A stretch of DNA of 64,000 nucleotides from Octopus vulgaris (GCA_951406725.2 OX597831.1:58652001-58716000); one strand, 5' to 3'. Shown: positions 12,250 to 25,839, numbered from the stretch's first letter. A program made the numbers and translations. The notes: generated from the sequence alone by a model not told the origin.

Positions 12250-12730
12250 TTTCTTTACTTCCCCAAAGGGGCTAAACATAGGGGGGACAAACAAGGACAG
12301 ACAAAGGGATTAAGTCGATTACATCGACCCAGTGCGAAACTGGTACTGGATTTATCGACCCCGAGAGGAGGAAAGGCAAAGTCGACCTCGGTGGAATTTG
12401 AACTCAGAACGTAACGACAGACGAAATACCTATTTCTTTATTACCCACAAGGGGCTAAACACAGAGGAGACAAACAAGGACAGACATAGGTATTAAGTCG
12501 ATTACATCGACTCCCAGTGCGTAACTGGTACTTAATTTACCGACCCCGAAAGGATGAAAGGCAAAGTCGACCTCGGCGGAATTTGAACTCACAACGTAAC
12601 GACAGACGAAATGCCGCTAGGCAGTTCGCCCGGCCTGCTAACGATTGTGCCAGTTCGCCGCCCTTTCGACAGACGAAATACCGCTAAGCATTTCACACGG
12701 CGCGCTAACTTTTCTGCCAGCTGGCCGCCT
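12250..12730 (-). mobile_element. Tandem multimer of SINE family C (tail type 1)
   Basis: Headless copy 12250-12430, full copy 12432-12662, extra head 12667-12730. Confidence 0.88.
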
Positions 12731-13756
12731 ATAATCCGAAAACGGAACGTTGATGATTACATCTAGCAGATTATTGGAAAAGGTTTATCGGAATTCAGTT
12801 CAGCAAAAACGGTGGTGCATCCGTGTAAAATGTCTTGCAGGAATTATTTGTTTATTGCTTAAATCACAATTTTCGGTTTCTACTACACCATCATACGATA
12901 CATTAACATAAAGTTATCTAATTATCCCTCAATATTTGATTGTCAGATTTTTGTCGTTTACTGCCGGAAGGACGAAAGCCAAATTGACCTTGGCACGATG
13001 CGAGCGCAGATGTTTAAATGCTGTAACTGAATACCCCAGGCATTTTGTCTGACGCTTAAACTGCTTCTGTTTATTTGGTAATATAATTACCATTAATTCA
13101 CTGTTACCGAATTCGTCAACAATGTTTTCACATCTTCTCGAAGTAACTATGTAACTTATAGAAGTAAATAATTATTACCTTAATTTAGACCTTGTTTCAA
13201 AAGTGTACGCTTAACGATTTTGTACGTTTAGTTAAATAGATTCGAAGAAATAGTGTTGCAATTAATTAATGCGATAATTTTTAATCACAGTATAATTGTT
13301 TCTAACAAATTATTAACTGCAATATATTAATGACTCATATTTTTATTACATGAATTCTGATATTATGAGAAATGCCGCATAACGTAGAAAGTTTTATTCA
13401 GTCATAACGCATGAAGTTTACTGCATAACAATATGATAATTTTTATTGCATTGCAACATATACAGTTCCGCCGCAACACAACACATGCAATTCCATCCAT
13501 TATCTCATTTAGGCAGCCAAAAGTACTGGGCAATCTACTCGAAATTATACATTACTAGTTTAAAATGTCAGTATACATTGCATAGAGTAGTCGTAGATAT
13601 ACATAAAATCTGAATGAAAAGATAGAATGGAGATTAGATTTGCTTCGATTTTATATGTATTTTATTCAGGGTGAGCAGTGACTGTAACTTTACGTTTTTG
13701 GGTAGATAAACGAAAAAAAAAGAAAAATCTAAAAAAAGAAAAAACAAGCAAATATA

Positions 13757-13990
13757 TGTTTCTTTATTACCCACAAGGGGCTAAACACAGAGGGGACAAA
13801 CAAGGACAGACAAAACGGATTAAGTCGATTACATCGACCCTAGTGCGTAACTGGTACTTAATTTATCGACCCCGAGAGGATGAAACGCAAAGTCGACCTC
13901 GGCGGAATTTGAACTCAGAACGTAACGACAGACGAAATGTCGCTAAGTATTTCGCCCGGCACGCTAACGTTTCTGCCAGCCCGCCGCCTT
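13757..13990 (-). mobile_element. SINE family C (tail type 1) with 16-bp TSD
   Basis: AAAACAAGCAAATATA at 13741-13756 and 13991-14006; B-box GAGTTCAAATTCC; central GGTCGACTTTGC.TTTCATCCT.TCGGGGTCGATAAA block. Confidence 0.93.
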
Positions 13991-14592
13991 AAAACAAGCA
14001 AATATAGGCTAGCAAATTTTTTGTTTTTAAAACCTATAGAACGATTAAGAAAGGGAAAGAAATTCAAACATGTCTCTAAATGCTATATAACAATTCCAAC
14101 TTTATGTGTGGTGATTTCGAATCTTCATGCCATCTCATTAATCGTTACAAAATAGATGTTCTCAATAATTTAATAACGAGCCTGAACTCTTTCACACAGC
14201 GATTGTATGACCTTTTCTCTTGACATTGCATGAGAATATAAGTATACAGTTGTGTCTATATTTATAACCTGATAGTTTATACTTTATAAGAACTGTTATA
14301 TTGTTTGTTTTCAGTTGACTAATATATTAAACTACAATAGTTATTATATATTCTGCTATCACTACCTATCTGTCAAAATCGAGACACCACACTAAATAAT
14401 AAATCAATTCTTCTTCCTATAAGTTAATCTCATCATATTTCAATGGACTAAGTGTTTGGGTTTAAAGTAGTGAGCACCCTTTAAAAAATTCGGAAACTTA
14501 GGAATTTAAACGTTATATTTAATCATGTACTTCTCGTATGATATGCTACAAAAGCCTTCTGGTATAACTATTATCAAAATTAGATAATTTTC

Positions 14593-15546
14593 GGATCTAT
14601 TCCATCTCAATCACAGATTTTTTAATTAATTTTTTTTAAATTCAACAGTTTCAAAATTCGAATACTGGTAGAATTTCTCACATAGAATACGGTTTACTCT
14701 GAACGCTTTTGACAAAACTCCGTATTTTAGAAGCTATTTCGTGTTAAAGTTGTCGTTTTTGAGTAACTTCAACCAATCAACGACGTGTATTCGGTTGAAG
14801 AAATCTATAGCTGTTTGTGATAGTAATCGAAGAGGAACAACATTTGGGTCATCTCTACTAAATGTCACCATACTGTTCTATTCGCACAGCGAGCAAAGAC
14901 GATGTCACCTTTATCTTTACTTCCTTTCAAGTCAGCACCGTGCATTCCTTACTCTTTCCCTCCCTTCTACACTATCAATTAGCAACCAGCGAGCGACCTT
15001 GTCACTGCCACTACAATTACCGTATTTTCCGGTGTATAAGCCGGCCGCTATTCGTTTTGTCTTACCTTCATGTTTTGATAATGTTATTTTTATCTAATAA
15101 AGATTTTTATAAAGACGAAATGCGTTTGTTGTTGATTACAGTAAGATAAAATCATGACAATAACAATACATCACATAGCTGTAAAATAAGGGATTTTAAA
15201 ACTACATATATGTCAACAGCAAAAAAGCTAGCTGCGGACCCGTTGCTCTATGGTGTTGATTCTTCGAACAGTGTGGTGACATTTAGTAGAGATGACCCTG
15301 ATGTTTTTTACTTTCGCAAACAGTAGTAGCTTTCTTCAACCGAATACTCGTCACTGATTGATTGCAATTACCCTAATACGACAACTTTAACACGAAATAA
15401 CTTCTAAAATATGAAATTTTGACAAAAACGTTCAGAGTAAACCGTGTTCTACGTGAGAAATTCTATCAGTATTCGAAGTTTCAAACTGTTTAGTTGAAAA
15501 TAACAAAAAATCAAAAAAAAATCTGTGATTGAAATTGAATAGATCC
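14593..15546. mobile_element. Non-autonomous long-TIR DNA transposon (MULE-like)
   Basis: Imperfect inverted arms 14593-14878 and 15266-15546, GG...CC termini, flanks TAATTTTC / TAATTTTT (8-bp TSD, one mismatch), no internal transposase. Confidence 0.8.
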
Positions 15547-17130
15547 TAATTTTTTTATATGTTTACGACCGATTCCTAAATGAATGACATTCGTTATTCT
15601 CCTCCGGCAGGAAGACATCACAAAAAAAGCTTTCATTACCAAAATATAAAGAAACTCTTGAAAGATATTAAAAAAGTATCATATTGGTATGCTAGAATTA
15701 TCTTAACTTTTTATAACTCCAGGAAACTTAAGATGCTCAAAAAAGGTCATGTCTGATTGAGTACGCTTATGATAAAAAGTATTCAAGCTACTTCAAAACC
15801 GTTGTTATTATTGCTTTATCCAACGTGTCCGAATCCCGTAACAGAAAATTGAATGTTGTTGTTTACAGTTGAACAACATAAAGGTTTCGTTATCTTCGCT
15901 CTCGGTTTGAAATTACATCTAAAATGTGTATAAAAAGGGCAATTAACTTAGAAATCTAGAACTATATTTAAGAATCCTCGTTGGGGGAGATCTAAAAAAA
16001 ACATGTTCACAGCAGCTGCCCTTACGAGGTATTTTTCTTAGTTCCGATCCTTCCTGCCGTGGTACTTTGTATATGGTAAAGAAACCCAACTCTCACTTGT
16101 TCCATATACTTATCAATAAATAGATTCTGTATAGAGCAATAAGCGATACTCTAATTTTGAAATATACCACTATTTCTTATTGGGATATCTTTTAATGCAA
16201 CAATTTAAGAGGAAAATTAGCAAAAGAAAAAAGAGAAACAATACGATTATGCATGCATCAACGTTAGGATTTCTAGCTTTGTGACAATACCAAAACGTGT
16301 ATGAGAAATGTATGTTGATTAAATCTAAATCAAAATAATTGGTTATCATGTGTGAGCTGGAAGATAAAAATGGAATTGTAAAACATTTTCATTAATTCCG
16401 AATCCCTGTTGATTAACATTGTGTTTTGTCAATATTCAAACGTTAATGACATATGTAATATAGTGATGTCAGTTTAATTTAATGCAGTGTGTGATTAGTG
16501 GGTATCGAAAGTATATAGAAGTTAAATTGAAGCGCAAATTTGCCTTCTTTGAACATATAAACAAAAGCAAATACTCTCATATATTTGAATTTTCTCTTAG
16601 TATATTTTACTAGCAATCCATCCACACATGACTTGCACAAACGATAAATCGAATCTATACTAATATGTCTCGTATCATATGGTCTAGGAGTAAGAAAAGA
16701 CAAGTCAACTCTGGTGGGATTTGAACTCAGACATTAATAACGATTAAGACAGTAATAGGGGCAGACCTCTACATTTCCCTATTCAGCACTTGCTCCAGAA
16801 ATTTAGCGAGCTACAACGTTGAAACTTAGTGCGAATGCACAGCAGAGTTCATGGTCAATTTCTGCTCAAAGAGCGGTTTCATTCTGCGTGCTTATGCTTC
16901 GCTGTTATGGCAACAGTCCGAATACTTATTGATTAGACCTCGCATTTGCGTTCATCCTTACAATTATCATCCGAGCTAAGGTAGAAACACGTCCCACAAT
17001 AAAGCTCAGAAAAGAATCCTGCTGAAATCGGCAAGATGTGGAAAAGTCATTAATGCAAGAATGTTGGCGAAGGAATACGAATATGCCAGTTCATGTATTA
17101 TATTTTGTTAAATGCGGTAACCCAGGAAAA

Positions 17131-17335
17131 ATGCTTATCGGCATTTCGTCCGTCTTCATGCTTTTAGTTCAAATTCCGCCGTGGTCGACTTCACTCTTTC
17201 GAGGTCAATAAATTAAGTACCAGTTAAGTACCAGTTGAGGTCAATAAATTAAGTACCAGTTGAGCATTGGGATCGATGTAATCGACTTAGCCTCTCCCCC
17301 CAAATTACTGGACTTGTGTCAAAATTTGAAACAAA
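17131..17335 (+). mobile_element. SINE family C (tail type 2), 5'-truncated, with internal duplication of GAGGTCAATAAATTAAGTACCAGTT
   Basis: Shared centre; tail CCCCAAATTACTGGACTTGTGTCAAAATTTGAAAC. Confidence 0.8.
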
Positions 17336-18699
17336 TATATTATATGATGTTTAGTTTCATTCATCACACACCGTCACATTCACTTTACATCTCTGTTGAT
17401 TGAATATTTACGTATCGTAGGCCGAAACCAGTTAAATTCACACGGTATAATCCCCAGTAAATGTTACTGTATGGTTCTTTGAATATCACAAACGTGTACA
17501 TTATTGTAAACAGCAGATCTAGACTGTATCTGTGATTTACACTAAATAATTTGGACATGTTTTGATTAATCTGTTTAAAGGAATAAGTAGTGGAATACTT
17601 TAGAACAGGAATAATTCATTCTGACTTTCAAGTCTTTCAAAGGGGTGTTAACAAATATAAATATATTTTATTTGCTCAGATCATCAATCCAATCAATTTT
17701 CCTCACCCACTATTCTTAGAGGGTCCTCGGCATCATCTTCACTAAAGTAACCGCGACTAACTAAGCTTATAGATATTATCAAACAATCCCGCATGTGTTC
17801 AAACCCCAGATATTCTGCGGTTGAAAGGCTTGCCAGTGGGGCAACTCGTGCTGTTGTGATAGCCTTCCTTTAGAAGAAATAGAATACGAGGCGGTTGGTA
17901 TCTTCGAAAATTTTCCCTAAGTGGTCACTAGTATATCGCAAAGTTAATCCTCATAGCCAGTGTTAGCTTTAATTTGTTGACAGGATAAAAATATATGAAA
18001 TGAGGTAAGGTATTGAACAAAACTATGTTTCGTCCGATCTGCAAATCGAACCCATGATCATAAGATGTGTACATACATCCTACCCACTCGGCTACAGCAT
18101 TTCGCAAAAATACGTTGGACCTAGAACGATAGAACCAATGATAAAGTATATAGCATGTTATCCAATTTGCCTTTCACACTCGCTGAATCGATAAAAATTA
18201 TACCCACCATCCTAGTAGTGGCGTCCATTCGATTGACTACGTACATCGCTGAAATTATAGGATGTTTCCAAAGTTAGAAACATTTAATATATAATCCCAT
18301 GCTAATTTTATTTCTCATGTTACGTTGTCATAATGATGTAAACTTTTATTTCACTCATACGAAAAGTTTCTTGGATATCTTCAATGTTTACCTCAATTTG
18401 TTTTTATTTTAGAAAATTCTGACTTTTGAAGAATATAAAACATGATTGATGAAAATAATATTTTGAAAATAAATAAGAATGATTTTCTTTTCTATAATTT
18501 CTTGCTATTTGCTGCAAACAAATCAAGCCTTTTTCCTTTTCTTATTTTCAATTCTAAAACTACATTTAGGAAATAACACATGGGAAATGATATGTCTGCT
18601 GAAGTAATTTTTCTTTTTCTTGGAAAAGATAGAGAATATTTATAGGCCAATCAACAAATACTGCTGCTGAAAATAAAAATAAAGATAAATAAAATAGAA

Positions 18700-19240
18700 G
18701 CAGGAGTATGATAGTTAAATAGGCATTGTGTGCGATTGTGAATTCTGCTGGGCTTAAAAACTACGTATAAATTATTGCGGTATTGCTGCGGGAATCCTAC
18801 CACTTCTCAAAAGAACATAACAATGATTTATGTAAACAACTGAAGCTAAAGAAGCGGATTAAATTCTTTTCAACATTTAGTCTAGTCTTTCTTCTCTCTG
18901 ATTTCAAAATTTGCATTTGTTGCTACAACTGTTTTCATAATCAAAAATGATATTGTTGTCGAATAACTTAAAGATACTGGGGTCCATTCAAAGTTTGCGT
19001 CTATGGTTTGAAATTTTCAACTGTTTTCATAATCAAAAATGATATTGTTGTCGAATAACTTAAAGATACTGGGGTCCATTCAAAGTTTGCGTCTATGGTT
19101 TGAAATTTTGCCGAATCGATATGAATAAAAATAAGTATTGATTAAGGTCATATTTTTCTGATTTCAGCATCAAAGAAATAGTATTTTCACTATGTGCAAA
19201 CCTGCATTGAAAGCAACGTAAGTAATCTTCAATTGTACTC
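18700..19240 (-). pseudogene. Possible decayed coiled-coil exon
   Basis: Strong acceptor (T)nCAG|GAGT as at 43367; reads STIEDYLRCFQCRFAHSENTISLMLKSEKY.. then stops. Confidence 0.22.
18926..19109. repeat. Perfect 92-bp tandem duplication
   Basis: 18926-19017 equals 19018-19109. Confidence 0.95.
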
Positions 19241-19579
19241 CTGAAAAAAAAAACAAATCATATCGAACACGGTTTCTCTATGTTTATCGTCACGTGGGCT
19301 TCCTATTTGAAACAGGTATTAAAGATGGTTCATACAGTCATATCTAATAAAAAAAAAGGTAGACTACAGGGTATTTTTACTGCATCCCTATATTATATCA
19401 CAACCTATTGGAGTTTGTTTTTCCTTTATCAATATAATATTGTCATTATTGTTTCTACATTCATAGTATATTCTATAAAAATGTAAATTGGATAAATATC
19501 GCAATAAATAAATAAATAATAAATAAAATATAATAATAACCTAACAAATAGTCTTTATTAATACAATTATTCGGAATTC

Positions 19580-20440
19580 GTCGAGCTGGAAAAATCGTTA
19601 ACACACCGAGCGAAATGCTTAGGGTATTTCGTCTGCCGTTACGTTCTGAGTTCAAATTCTCTCGGGGTCGATAAATTACGTACTGGGGTCAGTGGGAATC
19701 GATTTACCTCCTAATCGATTACATAGACATCAATGTTTTACTGGTACTGAATTTATCGACTTCGAAAGGATGAAAGCCAAAGACAACCGCCGCGGAGTTT
19801 GAACTCAGAATGCAAAGATGCATGAAATACTGCTAATCATTACGCCCAGCTGCTAGCAATTCTGCCAGCTCATTGCCTTATTAATAATAATAAATTTTTC
19901 TACTAAAGGCGCAAGGCCTGAATTTTTTTTGTAGGGGGGGGGGGACGAGTGGATTGCATCAATCCCACTTAAATTACTGACCACGAAAAGATGAAAGGCG
20001 TAGATGACCTCGGCGGAATTTGAACTCAGGACGTAGATCCAAACGAAATACTGTCAAGCATTTCGTCCGGTGTGCTAACGATCCTGCCAGCTGACCGCCT
20101 TAATTATAATAATGGTTCAAAGTTTGCAACAAGGGCAGCCATTTTGGGGATGGGATAATTCGAATACCACCCCAGTATTTCATTGGTACTAAATTTGTCG
20201 ACCATGAAAAGATAAAAGGCAAAGTCGACCCCGGCGGAATTTAAACTCGGAAGGTAGTGACAGGCGAAAAACTGATAAGCATTTAGTCCAGTATGCTAAC
20301 GATTCTGGGGGAGGGAATGAGTCGATTACTTCAACACTAGTGTTCAACTGGTATTTATTTTATCGACCCCGAAAGGATAAACGGCAAAGTCGACGTTGGA
20401 GGAATTTGAACTCAAAACTTGAAGACAGACGAAATACCGC
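19580..20440. mobile_element. Cluster of about five diverged SINE family C copies (one plus, four minus)
   Basis: Repeated GATGAAAGGCAAAGTCGAC..GGAATTTGAACTC motifs near 19770, 19990, 20210, 20375 and the reverse near 19650. Confidence 0.85.
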
Positions 20441-20454
20441 ATAATAACAATGAT

Positions 20455-20835
20455 AACAAGAGCACTCAGAGAGTGAAAACTTCCGCCAAGGCAACACCAA
20501 TGTCCTCTCAACGATTAACCGGAGATGATTTTTAAAATGAGAATATCTGAAATAAACTCGACTGCTCTCACAAACAAGAATACTAAAAATGCACCTGACC
20601 GCTCTCAAAACTTATGTAAAAATATCCGGAAAAACTAATCCAGAATCCTTGTCCGGTAGAAGATCGATTCCCAAATCTAACAACTTCGTGCCAGACACGA
20701 GGCCAAACGTTCATGAAAGTTTCATCTGAATCCATTTAGCAGTTCTTGAGATATCTCATCCACGGAAAAACAACAAACAAACAAACAAATACGACCAGAG
20801 ACAATACCTCCTCCTTTGCTAAGGCAGATGTAATA
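20455..20835. mobile_element. Helentron-associated (HINE/DINE-like) non-autonomous element
   Basis: AACAAGAGCACTCAGAGAG..CTTCCGCCAAGG at one end, (CAAA)n then ACAATACCTCC..AAGGCAGATGTAA at the other: subterminal IR plus microsatellite layout. Confidence 0.55.
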
Positions 20836-20839
20836 ATCG

Positions 20840-21085
20840 GAAGAAATTGGTGCATGCGAATAGTAAAGGTCGTGCCTATAATAAATGGCGCATTGCGAAC
20901 AGTAAGCAAAGATACAGAAAAAATGTCTGAAGGAGACTGAAATAAAATATCCGTTAGGGCTCCAATAGAGTTTGTCTTTTATGGATAGTAAGTATTATCA
21001 GGAGGGTTCTAAGCACTTGAAAGACTGCTGAAAACTTGTGAAAGCCTAAGTTTACAGGTAGTAACTCGATATCCACATAATTCCT
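20840..21085 (+). mobile_element. Old R4/Dong-like 3' fragment
   Basis: WCMRIVKVVPIINGALRTVSK..IIRRVLST* parallels WNLKTETIPIIVGALGMIKK..ILRRTLSIQ* of 658..1251. Confidence 0.6.
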
Positions 21086-21295
21086 ACCCGGAATAAGACA
21101 CTTTTCCCACACATTCTGCAGAGGTTCGCTACACGTGTGTGGTATATATACCTTTTCACTGAGTTGGTATACAATGCTTGATCCTGGGCAGAGATGATTA
21201 GGATTTCAGTATTCTTTTTTAGGTCACCTTTGCTGAGCCACTTCCATGATGCTTCCTGTTCTTTTAAGCTGTTAGTTTCACGGTATAACTGACCA

Positions 21296-21464
21296 AGGCG
21301 GTGAGCTAGCAGAATCGTTATTGCGTCGGTCGGAAGGAATGCTTAGCAGTAGTTCGCTACGTTCTTTCGGGTTTGATAAAATAAGCATCAGTTGAACCCT
21401 GGGGTCGATGTAATCGACTCAGTCACTGCTCCAAAGTTCCTGCCTTTGTGGCAAAATTGGAAAC

Positions 21465-21465
<1 letters not shown>
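21296..21465 (+). mobile_element. SINE family C (tail type 2), internally deleted, ending in (ATT)n
   Basis: Head AGGCGGTGAGCTAGCAGAATCGTTA; tail GGCAAAATTGGAAACC. Confidence 0.75.
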
Positions 21466-21507
<42 letters not shown>

Positions 21508-21701
21508 CAGTAGTTTTATTTTTATAGCGTGCTTTCACTTCACTACCGAGCGCTGCTCTGTGTGCCTTGGATATGTGCTGTGATTTGCTCTTATGGTTAC
21601 TGTATTGAAAGTGTTTTGCAAGGATGTTCAGTGCCTAGTAGTGCAATTTTCTGTATGTTATATGTATTTGTAAGTCCTGGTGTTTTTGTTATGTATTTGT
21701 C
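21508..21701 (-). mobile_element. Short 3' copy of the Dong/R4-like element at 554-1260
   Basis: Colinear with 554-765; 3' end again abuts (TAA)n. Confidence 0.9.
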
Positions 21702-22242
21702 AATTACTGCCTTTATTTCTGTATCTATGTGTAGTAGCAGCAACAGCAACAGTAGTAGGGGTGGAGGTAGTGGTAGTTGGGCCTCAGATTCCTGTACTAT
21801 GAGAATAGTAGTAGTTTTAGTATTAGCAGCAGCAGCATATTATCATCATTTTTATTATTATCACCATCACCACCACTACCACTGTTATTATCATTTTTAC
21901 TATTTTCGTTTATTATTAAAAGATTTTCTTAAATGTTCTTTATTTTCAACTTTTGTCTTGAAATTGGGATAATCATAAATATGTGGTTGTTGGAGGAAAT
22001 ATTTGTGGGTAGTGTACCAGCTTGGTGAATAAATCAAATTCTACAGGTCTATAAATAGATTCGGCAGATGGTGGGCAGGTCAGCCATAGAGACAAAAGAA
22101 TCTTCGCACCTTTGGGGTTAGCAGAGGTCAAATGTGTTTACTACTACCAGCGACCACTGATAGCGCTGCCCTTATCCTTGAAAAGAAACAATTCAACGTG
22201 GTCTATTTGTAATTACTGGTAGAAAATAATAATAATAATAAT

Positions 22243-22295
<53 letters not shown>

Positions 22296-22419
22296 CGTCG
22301 ATGAATTTTTTAAATTTCTGAATTCAATTGTGTTGTTGCAATAAAGGTGTGTTTACACATTTGAGTAGTCAGGGATAGGTTTCATACAAAATTTAATAAA
22401 ATTTTAAAGTTTTCTTGAG

Positions 22420-23620
22420 ATGTTTGCTTGTCTGTCCAGTTGGGAGAAATCCAAGAAACGGCAAACACAGATACACTGATGACAGCACCAACACTACAAT
22501 CACTGCATTCACCAACACCATCACACCCACCCCCACAACAGAATCAAAAACACAACACATTTTCCAAAGAAAAATGGTCACTACAATAACTACCATTCGC
22601 GCGACAGGGGAAATTCGTTCTAGTGAGGAGTGCCAAAGAAAAGCTGATGGCTTTCAGAGCACAAAATGAGAACATTAAAACTGAGGAGAGTACCGGAGAG
22701 CCTAATGTTGTTGGGAATGACATTAGAGACTTACACGATCATCGCGTTAGAGGACTCTAGAATAGACGGAGATGAAGTAAAGAATATTTTGAGAGATACT
22801 TAGATAAAGCATAACGACCAACATTATGGCCACAAATTGGTTCTTCATCAATTCTTCAAAGCCATACACGAAGGTTACGTTGACAGAGCGAGGATACGTG
22901 CGCTAAGAGAAGAAAGAATAAAAGTCGTTCGATTGGCCCAGGTGGTGAAGGCGCAAAGTAACAACAAAGCCACAATTGGTATGACATTGGATCTCCCAGT
23001 GTAACGCCCAGCAGTTGGCTTTGAAGGGGGTTCCAGTGGTACCCAACAAAATACATAGCGTGGGAGAACCAATCGACCACAAACAGTACCAGGAGGGTAA
23101 GTGACTCCCTTTTCCTTTGCTTTCTTCTTGGCCAGCGTGGCAGTTCTTAAAGCAGGTTGTATAAATGTACGTGGCCAAGGGTAGTCGTGGAGGCAAGGAC
23201 GCTTGCATAACGATCTCAGGTGGCTAAGTCTGGATGTAATAGCCATCAGTGAGACCAGGATCGCGGACACGGACCATGGCTCCAATTTCCGATCACTTTG
23301 ATATTTTCGTATTACTTAGTCGACCAGGAACGGGGTGTGGAGTGGCAGTGTCGTTCAGAAAAGACCTGGATCTCGAGATATGGTCGGTCTTACGGGACCC
23401 GGAAGGTAAGTCGGCGGTCCTGGACGTGAACGACAACGAAGGCAGTGCTTTTAGACTGGTCGCAGTGTACGCACCGACTGGAGCAGGCATACGGATTTCT
23501 TCAGACGTCAGGAGGCTTTTACAGGGACGTCTCGTTCTTTAGTGTTAATGGGCGATTGGAAAGTCATTTTGGATGCATGTGTGGATTGGGTGCGGCTAGC
23601 GGATAGGAAAGGGTGATGTT
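22420..23620 (+). mobile_element. Tx1-clade LINE 5' fragment: probable ORF1 end plus APE endonuclease (23140-23620)
   Basis: GCINVRG..DVIAISETR..GVAV..FRLVAVYAP..LVLMGDW: APE motifs with L1/Tx1 flavour; stops and frameshifts. ORF1 part less certain. Confidence 0.8.
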
Positions 23621-25119
23621 TACAGAGAGCGAATTTGCAAACTTGTGGAGTGGATATTGACGTGGGCAGTGGTGAACAAAACTAAGTCGTTGATCTTGAA
23701 AATGTTTGAACCGGAGAAAATAGTTACCGGTAATTCTCACTCTTTACTTTCTGTGTTCAAATCTCGTTGAGACAAGCATACTCTTTCATCATTTTGGTTT
23801 CACTAAAATATGTTCCAGGTGAGAACTCGATTCTATGTAAATAAATAACTCCTTCCATTTATAAATGCTGATTTTAAGCAATTATTATTATTAAACCGGC
23901 GAAGCGCCAGATTCCTTTATAGCAATATAGTTTCCGAGAAATGATTCATTCTCTTAAAAAAAGCTCAACCCATATATTTGATAAGCCTTTAGACGGCCAT
24001 AGACTATGATTGTGAACTGTAATTAACAGTGATTTATGATACAATAGACATTACTAATGCTTAACATCAAGTCACGTCTGATAAAAGAGATTTACGATCA
24101 AAGATATTACCGTCCTTTTCCTAATAATCCAGGATCACGATATCTAATGCGTCGCGCATTTCTAAGACGTTAGGATGCAATTTGAGTAAGAGAGATTTCG
24201 CTGGAAAATCGAACGCTTATAGGCATCTACAAACAAAAGTAAAGGCGCATATTTTAATTGTGTAAACCTGATAATTATATCCGACAATTCGTTTCAGACA
24301 TAATGCTAATTTTATACATTACGAAAGATGAACCGTGTAATAATAATAATTTCATATAATAAATAATTCGTCAATGAGTCAAATCTTTCTTTTTCTCCCA
24401 TTTAGATAAGCTATCTTTACTCTAAGCTAATCAATATACCGCCAATTATCAAATCACAAATATTTGTTCTGTATCAGCTTTTATATGTTTCTGATTTACG
24501 ACGAAACAAATAACCATACGGAAAATTGTTTTACAAATCAATCCTGTTTCACCCTTTGTTCGTTGTACGGTTATCAAAAGTCGTTCTAAAGCCAAACTTC
24601 GAAACACCAACTTCGGAGCTTTTAACTATATATCAATTGATTAGCAATATAGAAATGTTTATTGCTGAAAAATATTAGTGATTGATGAGAATGGTATAGG
24701 AAACAGTTATAATAGTGAAAAGTATAAGGGCGATAAACTGAAAGATAATACGAAAGAAAATGTGATTTGGTTAACTGTTTCATTTCTAAATTTTGACTTT
24801 AAAACGCAAAAATGTTTCATAGTATACTATTTGAGTTTAAACCTTGCCCAACTTGGGCGGTTTAACTCAAAAAGAGTGAAGGATTGTTCACTAAATGATT
24901 CCCCATTCTCTTTAAAGCTCTTTTTACTAACAATCAAAAGAAGAAGAAAAATATGTGATAGCACTTGAAGTGGTGGTGTTTCCCAGATTGAATTAAAAAT
25001 GTCAGCGCATTATAAGAGTCAAAGATAATGATAATGATGACGACGATGACGACGGAAAGAGTACAAGCGTAGACAAGATAAGGTAGCTCAAAACCTCCAA
25101 TGGCTACTAGGCTGGATGT

Positions 25120-25644
25120 ATGGATATGAGGTTACTACTGCTTGGTACGGTACCAACATACACCGGAAAAGGTAATGGACGAAAAGGGGAAGGCAAAAAT
25201 CCTTTGGGACATTGACTTTTAGACAGAGAACCGAAAGCCATATATAGTAACCTTTAGGAGGACAAACACAATTGCCTAATAATTGACACGACAATGCCAG
25301 GAGATCAACACATCATCATAAAAGAGAGAGAAAAGATTGATAAAGACGAGAGAATTGAGATCGTCAAGATGTAGCAGCTATGAGAGTCAAACATAAATGT
25401 TATCCCTATTTTCATCGGAGCATTGGGTCCAATACCACCCAATCTGAAAAATCATCTGAAAATCTCAGAAATACCCTACAATCTAAATGTATTGTAAAAG
25501 TGGACATTACTTGGAACTGCACGCATATTGTGTAAAGTATTGTCTGTCTGAGGTTGTTGTTGTGACTTGACAAATAGTACAAACCTTCGGTAGAGACAAT
25601 ATCTTCAATCCACAACCTGACAATATTTTATACTGTGTGACGTC

Positions 25645-25645
<1 letters not shown>
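25120..25645 (+). mobile_element. R4/Dong-like RLE 3' fragment (second subfamily), degenerate, followed by (TAA)n
   Basis: YQHTPEKVM..AKILWD..CLIID..IPIFIGALG..LLGTARIL with stops. Confidence 0.8.
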
Positions 25646-25697
<52 letters not shown>

Positions 25698-25698
25698 T

Positions 25699-25766
<68 letters not shown>

Positions 25767-25791
25767 TAACAACAACAACAACAACAACAAC

Positions 25792-25839
<48 letters not shown>
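25646..25839. repeat. (AAT)n/(AAC)n compound microsatellite
   Basis: Direct reading. Confidence 0.95.

Noticed and set aside
16840-17960. Further Cys-containing or SPRY-like peptides (also 49540-49750)
   Set aside because: Similarity too faint to separate from chance without a search.
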